Of a stretch of 64,000 bases of DNA, positions 58,501 through 64,000 are shown one piece after another. Source of the DNA: Bispira polyomma (lineage: Eukaryota); the NCBI GenBank assembly GCA_965649765.1, contig OZ287751.1:20088001-20152000 (forward strand). Direction: 5' to 3'. Within the stretch, counting starts at the first letter, position 1; every line of letters starts with the position of its first letter. The translations under genes were made by a program, and so were the position numbers. Under the pieces are notes generated by a model that had not been told where the DNA came from, did no database searches, and worked only from the letters and a program-made list of their open reading frames with translations.

Positions 58501-61500
58501 TCACATTAGATCTAAATATACCGCCTAAAACTTGTAAGCTGGCACAAATTTCTCTTGTGAATGAAAAAACACATATTCAGGATTGATATTCCACAGTTAT
58601 ATAATGAAATCATTTTTTACCAAAATATTCAATTTTATCAACTGATTTCTACTACATGTATTAGAAGTTTTGAAATTCTCTCATGTTATGCTAAAATATG
58701 ACTTCTCTTTCAAGAATATTTTAATATTCAAACAAAACGTCGCCATCTTAATAAGTTGGGATTATAGAAAGTTTTGCTGTATTTGACAATGAATTATAAC
58801 CATGTGTATACTTTAAAGCAATACAATAAAACCTCTGTATATGGAACATCCTATTACACCACTATTCAATTTTGTATACTGATTTTCCAAATTTATGTTT
58901 TCCAATTGTTTAATACAGAAATGCCTCTTCTAGTTTATGAACCTTCTATTAGCAAAATCAAATCTTGCTCTCTCAACCTGTTCAGATAATAAAGGTTCTA
59001 CTGTATTTTTGTTATCTGTAACTGTGACCTAATGGGTAACACACTTTCTTTGGAACACAAGAGGACTTGGGTTTGATCCTAGCCTACAGTGACCAAGTAC
59101 AAGCAGATATCTATTGAGTTTGGATGACCACTTAAAATAGTGGCAGTTCTCTGTCATTGGTCCTATCCCCAGTTGCAGGCTAAAGATACTTGTGGACGTT
59201 GTAAATGGCTATCGCCAAGTCTCTCAAAAACCTTTTCTTCTATCAGACTATTCTTTTGCTGACTGATTGGGAATGTACACCACAGAGGATGATGCCTGGT
59301 CATCGACTGTGATGCTATAGAAGTAAAAAATATTTACATTTCTCTTTTTTCAGTTAGGGGAATCATAGTAAACTGATGCTGAATGGCTGAGAAGAAAAGG
59401 TTAATTGGTGCTTTGATAAAGATATATAAATGTGCGGAGTATAAATTTTTAATACAAAACAATGTTATACAGCTGTTTTCTGTCTTTGTTGTTACAGACC
59501 GGAGGCTGAATGAGAATGTTCGCATGGGTGCTGGCCATAAGCCGTGTATTGATCTTAAACCCAGCGCAGATAATATCCAGGACAGATTTGTCAACTGTTC
59601 TCTAAACAGCCGACGTAAGTATACCTATAAAGTTTAAGTACTTCAACACAGATTGAGAAATACTAAATTTCTACTTAATTTTGTTACATTGAAACTTGTA
59701 TAATGTAATCTTCCGTTTCTAAATCTTTATTTTTGTATAAATATTCATATTTACTTGTATTGTGTTTCAGGAAATTTTTAATTTCTGTTACAACGAAACT
59801 TGTAATTTTATTATTTCAAAAATTTACTGGCCCAAGTTGATTCAAACCACATTAGTGCCAGTTTATATAAGCAGTATTTAGGTCTTAGAACATGCAGAAG
59901 TGAGAGAGCGAAAGTGGAGATTTAAAAAAGAAACAGTTACAAACTTTCACTTTAAAAGAAAAGGATTAAATTAATTTTTTCTCCACATAAAAGGGAAAGT
60001 GCCAAAATCGAGTTCTACTTGATATTGATTAATCCCAGATTTAACAGTTCTACTTACAAGGGTTTTAACTCTATACAAATTCTATCTTCTCTGGATTATC
60101 AATTATAATGTGCATGTGTTTTCTATCTTTTATCTAGTGCCTAGAGTGAGGAACTCAATTGCAGTGTTTAACTCTGACCAGTTTAAGAATGGCTCCAAAA
60201 GACCCCACTCTCTGATCTCCATCAGTAGTAGTACATCCTCCTCGGGCTCCAGTGGAATGTACAGCGGGGGACCACTCGGTATCACCATAGAGTCGCCCTA
60301 TGAAAGTCTCTACGAGGCTTCAGACGTCCCTAAGGCCACAGATCTCCCACGGTCAGCCACCATGTGTTCTAATGGTGAGTGTGTGGAGGGGAAAGGGGGG
60401 GCCATCTAGGTCCTAGTATTTATTATCAAAGGCCTTTGACAAAAACTCAAATATCTCACTTCTATATATTAGGTATGGTATGGTATTATTAAATGGTATT
60501 TTTTCAAATGGACATCACTTTAATTTTTTGGCATTTGGAACGATCAATATTGCAATATCTGAATTTGGTTAGTTTGGACATTTAGTATGTACTGATATAA
60601 CCTACAGGCCACTTCTTGTAAACATGGTAGTAAACATAAACTAATTTAATAGTGTAACAAATTGCTTATTTAGCAATTAAACTGTATAAAATAACATAAA
60701 AATAATGTCGAAATATTTTATCATTTGTGGCTAGCAAAGGTATTTGTTTGATATTGATATATTCTTCAACAATTTTGATATCACAACCTCAGTCCAGGTT
60801 TGATCATTATTTCAATATCGATATACAATACCATACCTGTTATATATACCCCCTAAACTCTCTCTGAATAGCCCATGGGATTTTAACGTGAATTTAAGGA
60901 AATGTAAGGGATGGGCTCTAAAGAGAATGTGGTTTTTCCATTCAAAATTTCAACAATGTTTATAGAAAACTACGTTGCTGGATTATGAGACAATATGTCC
61001 AGAGGTAGCCCTTTTGTAAATATCGCCCTAGTATTGTACACCAAAGATAGAATAAGACAGATTTTGATATTATTGTCAGGGTAAGTTTTAGACCCTTTGA
61101 CGCATACTGTGCCTGGTAAGAAAAACGGTAAAAGGTTTGATACACATGTCTAAAAACTTTAGTCAAAGTTGTTTGAAATAATACTTCAAAATTTAATTCT
61201 TTTACCAATGAAAAAAAAATCATAAGTACATATACATGCTTGTACTGGATTATTACAGATACTTGTTGTCACTAAAACACAAACCAGAGAGGACTCCTAG
61301 TATTTTATAATGGCCTCCTGTATATTTTTGTTAAATTTTCAAATTTGCTAATAACCCCCAATCAAAATTGTACACAACTCATAAAAAGCTAAAGTTTTGG
61401 TGATGTCTGCTTGTAACCGCGGTGGGGCCTTGGTGGCGCAGTGCTAACACACTCACCTCCTACCTCTATGATTCTGGTTCGAATTACGGCCAGGGAATTT

Positions 61501-61933
61501 AAAAGTGGGAAAGTTGTTGGCAGTTACTTGCCGATGGTCGCTGGTGTCAAGATTAGAATCTTGACCACTAACTAGTATGTATACACTGTTTTCCTCCAGC
61601 ACTGCCACTTCCTGTCATGATATGACCTATATACAATGTGTTTTGAAAGCGATGATAAAGCCAGAAATCTATTTTAAAGAGATACTCACTCTAGAATGTG
61701 TTTGTGTTGATATTACAGAGAGTGGGATAGTGGCTGATATGAGCAGCAGTAACCCGTCCAGTCCTGTGAAGGAAGACGCCTATACTCAGACCACACTGAA
61801 AAGGCCCGGTAAAACCGTCAGTCAGACGCAGCAGCAGGGGATGGGAATGGAACCAGACACAGGGACGAGTTTATCTCTGCTAGAGCCCCATCCAACAGCA
61901 GGGGAGCAATACCCGGAGGCCAGTAATGCTTGA
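1282..61933 (+). CDS. PLEKHG4: Multi-exon RhoGEF of the PLEKHG4/PLEKHG4B (puratrophin-1)/ARHGEF40 family, 5'-partial (12 exons in window, about 1186 aa)
   Basis: Twelve GT-AG-bounded exons join in one frame (phases 2,0,0,0,2,2,0,0,1,1,1). The DH motifs (EMIHTEKDYV, IFGNIEKIYEFH, YLLKPVQRMGKYSLLLKQ, FQLRHGNDLLAMD), PH motifs (LGLTENTGDSRYKFEIWFRKRK, EISRLLWQQA) and post-PH motifs (MGAGHKPCIDLKPS, RNSIAV, KRPHS) match my recollection of PLEKHG4/4B. The symbol is a family-level assignment. Confidence 0.9.
1849..2200. mobile_element. Tc1/mariner(pogo)-type MITE (CAG.TGAACCTCT.TTATC.GAAC family) with a second MITE nested at 2004-2157
   Basis: The inner element has CAGT...ACTG ends flanked by TA/TA. 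An uninterrupted host copy lies near 41345-41535, with others near 8540, 20340, 53396 and 58820. Confidence 0.7.
2638..2948. mobile_element. PIF/Harbinger-type MITE (TIR GCCTACATTCTCATG...CGATTTGCGG)
   Basis: About 30-bp TIRs with TTA on both sides. Related copies at 35784-36104 and 44923-45173. Confidence 0.8.
3335..3960 (-). mobile_element. tRNA-derived CORE-type SINE, interrupted by a MITE
   Basis: On the minus strand: A box TGGCCTAGTAG, B box GGTTCGATCT and the CORE-like CCTTGGACAAG...CCACCCAGGTGTATAAATAGGTACC. Confidence 0.75.
3480..3812. mobile_element. PIF/Harbinger-type MITE with GGATCC-rich repeats
   Basis: About 26-bp TIR (GGT.CAGACACACAGAACCG) and TAA TSD at 3477-79 and 3813-15. 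Confidence 0.8.
4418..4661. mobile_element. Harbinger-type MITE, about 240 bp (TIR GGCCCGTATTCT.GAACGTATACTC)
   Basis: About 50-bp TIRs. Near-identical copy at 7028-7269. Confidence 0.85.
7028..7269. mobile_element. Harbinger-type MITE nested in a mariner-type MITE (about 6925-7310)
   Basis: CTG TSD at 7025-27 and 7270-72. The host sequence resumes after the insertion. Confidence 0.85.
8418..8524. mobile_element. 107-bp hairpin Harbinger-type MITE (GGCCCGTATTCACGAA...)
   Basis: Almost entirely palindromic, with a GAG TSD. Copies at 20152-20259 and 30852-30958. Confidence 0.85.
8833..8971 (+). CDS. Exon B (ESYDSAKTLF...LEHCIQLRKFEEKVTS)
   Basis: Acceptor tgtcacAG and donor GTAAGT at 8972. 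LEHCIQLRKFEE is a typical spectrin-repeat junction. Confidence 0.88.
11530..11974. mobile_element. MITE with TIR AGTGAGCGTTTCCATGCAGG.AACTTTCTGAGGCGA
   Basis: About 36-bp near-perfect TIR flanked by TA (or TAA/TTA). Degenerate relatives at about 5068-5398 and 23210-23419. Confidence 0.85.
12740..12940 (+). mobile_element. L2-clade LINE 3' fragment
   Basis: Translates as KKFKTYLFSKAFPP* (L2 ORF2 end). The tail ...ttacattagattag resembles the one at 22060-22120. Confidence 0.55.
13107..13363 (+). mobile_element. Intact tRNA-derived SINE with a 14-bp TSD
   Basis: A box TGGCCTAGTGG, B box GTTCGAATCC, (CAAATT)n tail, and TSD CTCAGTTGTTTTGT at 13093-13106 and 13364-13377. Confidence 0.9.
13385..13562 (+). 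mobile_element. Older, internally deleted SINE related to 61423-61665
   Basis: Shares the blocks taacacactc.cctcctacctct, gtgggaaagtt and tcatgatatgac. Confidence 0.65.
14463..14633. mobile_element. Mariner-type MITE, inverted copy of 54767-54939
   Basis: Reverse-complement match along its length, and the 54767 copy has CAGTAGACTCTGTA TIRs with TA flanks. Confidence 0.75.
15908..17195. mobile_element. Non-autonomous IS3EU-like DNA transposon
   Basis: Ends TACGGAAAAGTATAAGGGCCAAC and GTTGGCCCTTATACTCTTCCGTA, a 6-bp TSD CATACA (15902-07 and 17196-201), and subterminal palindromic repeats. Confidence 0.8.
16150..16410. repeat. Minisatellite with 30-40-bp units (AAACAGTCATAGGGTCAAAAGTAGTTAATCAG), about 7 copies
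   Basis: Visible tandem units inside the IS3EU-like element. Confidence 0.8.
19117..19194 (+). CDS. Candidate alternative first (or cassette) exon MDEDTGGINDLDTAVTLSGYLADLYQ
   Basis: gacATGG start context, 26 sense codons, and a perfect CAG|GTAAGT donor in phase 0 that matches exon C. Confidence 0.55.
19260..19750 (+). mobile_element. L2-clade LINE 3' fragment (ORF2 C-terminus plus 3' UTR)
   Basis: HTTPLLQKLHWLLVEFHIKFKV...PAYF matches the L2 H(I/T)TP.L..LHWLP...RI.FK motif. Confidence 0.8.
21820..22120 (+). mobile_element. L2-clade LINE 3' fragment with an 18-bp tandem repeat (TTACCATTCCTTACCTCC)
   Basis: KLWYDLPRDIHTASSL..YRKKLEIYLFSNAF is an L2 ORF2 terminal motif. Confidence 0.75.
29126..29858. 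mobile_element. Degenerate relative of the IS3EU-like element, containing a LINE RT fragment
   Basis: Ends gaagagtagaagggccactaagaa and ttcttagtggcacttatactcttc. Internal GDNLSPTVFNIFIND and KWELNFNCNKS...YKYLG. Confidence 0.7.
30685..31110 (-). mobile_element. CORE-type SINE interrupted by the 107-bp MITE (30852-30958, CAG TSD)
   Basis: Colinear with the 3335-3960 copy and a reverse complement of the 49677-50010 copy. Confidence 0.75.
31215..31365 (+). repeat. 65-bp tandem triplication spanning the exon C acceptor
   Basis: TTGTACAGTT(A/G)ATG(A/G)ACTG occurs with AG at 31221-22, 31286-87 and 31351-52. Confidence 0.85.
31353..31475 (+). CDS. Exon C (LMDWLCCDGEDLLQQYSTLSDNLKGIHTQQGHFQQAYFSAM), absent from the ORF track
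   Basis: 123 nt, phase 0/0, acceptor gtacAG and donor GTAAGT. It supplies the helix-A Trp (DWL) of the spectrin repeat begun in exon B. Confidence 0.88.
33417..33642. mobile_element. MITE (TIR TAATG.TCCATTCACATTG)
   Basis: About 26-bp imperfect TIR. Confidence 0.65.
34346..34610. repeat. Direct tandem duplication, about 140-bp unit x2
   Basis: The blocks tattggtgtagta, gtaattgttactcatgtacactgagat and ggtagaaag each occur twice. Confidence 0.75.
37625..39239 (+). mobile_element. Helentron-associated non-autonomous element (HINE/DINE-1-like)
   Basis: 5' subTIR AAGCGTCCCT with adjacent inverted repeat AGGGCGCTT, a (CCG)n tract, 3' subTIR AGGGACGCTT, hairpin CGTTTTTG-ttat-CAAAAACCG, and terminal CTAGTT. 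Confidence 0.85.
38525..39150. repeat. About 142-bp satellite-like array (about 5 units) inside the HINE
   Basis: TGTCC.TTATCTC.GAAACGG recurs at about 38529, 38641, 38783, 38925 and 39068. Confidence 0.9.
39489..39683 (+). CDS. Exon D (SQVEKGNALL...CYKMLDQ), spectrin-like
   Basis: Acceptor ttacAG and donor GTgtgt. 195 nt, phase 0/0. Confidence 0.88.
43704..44896 (+). CDS. Exon E, 1193 nt: last helical repeat (CYEWALEAMKY...) followed by a Ser/Thr-rich disordered linker
   Basis: Acceptor ttttaAG at 43702-03 and donor GTAAGT at 44897. Long open frame, GC-rich relative to the introns. Confidence 0.9.
49257..49436 (+). CDS. Exon F (LPEDDSLDNS...LTEEDVKRR), pre-DH
   Basis: Acceptor atccAG and donor GTAAGG. 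Phase 2/2, which fits both neighbours. Confidence 0.85.
49421..49545 (+). repeat. 64-bp tandem duplication spanning the exon F donor
   Basis: ATGT(T/C)AAGAGAAGGAG|GTAAG with GT at 49437 and 49501. Confidence 0.88.
49677..50010 (+). mobile_element. CORE-type SINE
   Basis: ggtctctgt head, ggttcaagcc B-box remnant, cttgggcaagg, and ctctccacccagttgtatacatgggtacc. Confidence 0.7.
50787..51348 (+). CDS. Exon G, RhoGEF (DH) domain
   Basis: Acceptor ttccAG and donor GTAAGT at 51349. Canonical DH conserved regions. Confidence 0.95.
52575..52800. repeat. Degenerate 11-bp minisatellite (AGTTTATGCCC), possibly within a DNA transposon remnant at about 52376-53112
   Basis: Units agatcatgccc, agaatatgccc, agtttatgccc, aggatatgccc and similar. 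Confidence 0.7.
55552..55722 (+). CDS. Exon H, PH domain N-terminal half (VNLQEQGMLLRQETF...YVYKNSIK)
   Basis: Acceptor ttacAG and donor GTGAGT. RHVFLFEDMVVFSK is a PH motif. Confidence 0.93.
56686..56742. repeat. (AATACC)n/poly-A compound microsatellite
   Basis: Seen directly. Confidence 0.85.
57171..57348 (+). CDS. Exon I, PH domain C-terminal half (LSDLGLTENTGDSRYKFEIWFRKRK...WVREISRLLWQQAIKNR), absent from the ORF track
   Basis: Acceptor tttttAG and donor GTaaat. Contains the conserved PH C-terminal helix Trp. Confidence 0.93.
59018..59335 (+). mobile_element. Degenerate tRNA-derived SINE with an L2-like 3' tail
   Basis: A-box-like TGACCTAATGG, B-box-like GGTTTGATCC, and a tail shared with 19641-19750. 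Confidence 0.6.
59498..59614 (+). CDS. Exon J (DRRLNENVRMGAGHKPCIDLKPSADNIQDRFVN...)
   Basis: Acceptor ttacAG and donor GTAAGT. Phase 1/1. Confidence 0.88.
60138..60374 (+). CDS. Exon K (PRVRNSIAVF...KRPHSLISISSSTSSSGSS...)
   Basis: Acceptor tatctAG and donor GTGAGT. Phase 1/1. Confidence 0.88.
61423..61665 (+). mobile_element. tRNA-derived SINE in the last intron
   Basis: GGGGCC.TGGTGGCGCAGTG head, GGTTCGAATT B box, and body blocks shared with 13107 and 13385. Confidence 0.75.
61719..61933 (+). CDS. Probable terminal coding exon (ESGIVADMSS...QYPEASNA*)
   Basis: Acceptor ttacAG in the required phase 1, TGA at 61931-33, and AATAAA downstream at 62187 and 62346. Confidence 0.72.
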
Positions 61934-62158
61934 TGCAAAACCAATACCCGGAGGCCAGTAATGTGTGATGCAAAACCAATACCCGGAGGCCAGTAATGTT
62001 TGATGTAAACCCAATACCCGTTGGCCTGTAAAGTGTGGCATAAACCGGTAATCTGTGGCGTAAACCAGTACCCGGAGGCCTGTGAAGTGTGGCGTAAAAC
62101 CAATACCCAGAGGCCCGTAAGGTGTGGCGTAAAACCAATAGCCAGAGGCCTGTAATGT
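61907..62158 (+). repeat. 35-bp minisatellite (about 7 units) overlapping the last codons and the stop
   Basis: CAATACCCGGAGGCCAGTAATG..TGATGCAAAAC starts at 61907, 61942, 61977 and 62012, then degenerates. Confidence 0.9.
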
Positions 62159-62186
62159 TGTCAGGCTTCAGGCTGTGCATGATAAC

Positions 62187-62192
62187 AATAAA
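62187..62192 (+). promoter_or_regulatory. Candidate polyadenylation signal AATAAA
   Basis: First AATAAA after the stop codon. The hexamer is common in AT-rich DNA, so this is weak. Confidence 0.3.
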
Positions 62193-62804
62193 TCTGGCAC
62201 CCCCCTCATTTTGGACGGGTATATAACCTGACTTAAATTTATTGTCCAAATTTAATCTAAGCAAAGTTTTTTGGATAAAGCCAAGTTGCTAATTTTCTGC
62301 ATCTGTCATGATCCAAGTTCTTGAAATGAGGTATATAGTCTTATAAATAAAAACCACTGTTTATATACAGTTGTTTTGAAGTTTGCTTTATTAAAATTAT
62401 GTAAAACACCATTTATACATTGCTGGGCCTAAATTGAAGCAAAAATTACGTTTCATGCACAAATGCATATGCCAACTACCGAGAAAAACTGAATTGAAAT
62501 TTGGTGCTTTTGTTATTTTCAATGTAAATATTTTGTTTCTGTCAAACAGTTGTTTTTTAAAAAGCCTATCTTTGCAATATGTTTTAACGGTTCTCTTCTG
62601 ATTTTAACGTCTTACAATATTCTAGACTACTCTTGCATGTCACAAATATGCTTGTACATTGTATAAACCTGATAACACGCTTATTTATTCAAACTTGTTG
62701 TCAGAAAGTTATGTCCTGGTCAAACAGTTTTAAAATAATTTTTTTTTTTGTTTATGTAATGGTGCTCTCACAGTGGTGGTAACAAACAACTGTACTTCTC
62801 TGTA

Positions 62805-63020
62805 TTTCACCTTTGTGTTACTACACCTCCAATAGTGGTAAAAATTACTGTATATCATAGGTATTGGACTGTGTTATTCTGAGTCTAACATGACAAATTA
62901 AATAATAACGTGAATTCAGACTGTATTTAGTTGACCATTATATGTTGCTGGAGGAACTATTTTCCTCTGGGCATCAATCCTACAGACGAAATGGCTCATG
63001 TGTACATGGTGAATTTTACC
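62805..63020 (+). repeat. Interspersed repeat, same family as 15-235
   Basis: Shares ctaacatgacaaattaaaataat and ctggaggaactattttcctctgggcatcaatccta. Confidence 0.8.
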
Positions 63021-63815
63021 AAAATTTATAAGAATATAAGTAATGTCCTCAGTTTAGGGACATATACTGATAGACAGTATCTAAATTTTCAGCAGTGTTG
63101 GTTTTTTTCCTCAAAAACTTCTGTCATTAGCCAGTCCAATACATGGTTGTTATGGTTCACTGACAGGTTTGGTTACTCGTCATTCTTGTGGGATTGTCTG
63201 TTGTATATGTAAAAACCAGGGTGATACACTGCCATGAAAGGAAAGGCCTCGATACACTGCCCACTACACAATACTACAAAGAAAATAGAAATAAGATGAT
63301 ATATAAAGATGATATAGACTGCTCTCTGCAAGATACTACACTCTATAAAAACAACTTTTGTGTCATTACATATATGGTATTCTTTTATATTGATTATTTT
63401 TAAATTCAAATTGAACAGACTTTGCAATATGGATTATGTAGTGTTGTGTCGGGTTTGATGTAGATGGTACTGTTGTGCTGTGTCATGGCTTCCCCTGTAG
63501 TGTAGTGTTGTGTAGTCGGAGGTGTATAAAGTGCATTAAGACCGTACAAGTTTGTACTTGTACAAAGTATCAGTATTAGTCGTCTATTATTTCTGTCTAA
63601 TCGCTGTTTAAACATAGTATATGTTAAGAAAGTTTTGAAAGAAGAAGAAAAAAGAAAAACAACTCACGGACAGTCATATAGTTTGTGTCATTAGAGTTTA
63701 AACATACTGTCCGATTTATGTAGAGAACTGCTCAAAAACCCGAAAATCAATGCTCTTAAGCTAGAGGTGGTCTCTCATATTGAAATTTAAGGTAGAGCAA
63801 ACGGTGGGCTCTTTT

Positions 63816-63881
63816 CTAGGGCAGTATTTTAGGGCTGTATTCTAGGGCTGTATTCTAGGGCAGTATTCTAGGGCTGTATTC
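63816..63881. repeat. 13-bp tandem repeat CTAGGGC(A/T)GTATT x5
   Basis: Seen directly. The unit resembles an amplified Harbinger-type end (GGCTGTATT). Confidence 0.85.
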
Positions 63882-64000
63882 ACATCAGGTTTTAAGTCTT
63901 TATCTTGGTTTTAAGCTTAAGATTTTAGTCTTTTGTCCAAATAGGTTGAAGGCTTTTGGGTACTCATCCCTGTGACGGTAAGAAACCATCTTTGCGTAGT

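Noticed and set aside
61818-62264. Minus-strand ORFs of 148 and 93 aa
   Set aside because: They are by-products of the 35-bp minisatellite and the antisense of the last exon.

Overview
AT-rich eukaryotic (animal) genomic DNA. The repeat repertoire suggests a lophotrochozoan, probably a mollusc (inference). The window holds the 3' part of one + strand multi-exon gene, a PLEKHG4/PLEKHG4B (puratrophin-1)/ARHGEF40-family RhoGEF. I reconstructed 12 coding exons by hand from GT-AG junctions with matching phases: 1282-1532, 8833-8971, 31353-31475, 39489-39683, 43704-44896, 49257-49436, 50787-51348, 55552-55722, 57171-57348, 59498-59614, 60138-60374, 61719-61933. They total 3561 nt (1186 aa plus stop) and encode spectrin-like repeats, a long S/T-rich linker, DH, PH and a C-terminal tail. 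The 5' end of the gene lies upstream of the window. The introns are packed with non-autonomous transposons: PIF/Harbinger and Tc1/mariner-type MITEs, an IS3EU-like element with a 6-bp TSD, a Helentron/HINE carrying a 142-bp satellite, several tRNA-derived SINE families and L2/CR1 LINE fragments, with several nested insertions. The most unusual observations are (i) three separate short tandem duplications that straddle functional gene boundaries (an acceptor, a donor and the stop codon), (ii) an in-phase candidate internal first exon in the 22-kb intron, and (iii) a SINE/LINE pair that shares a 3' tail. I see no prokaryotic-type system, no CRISPR array, no rRNA and no genuine tRNA.
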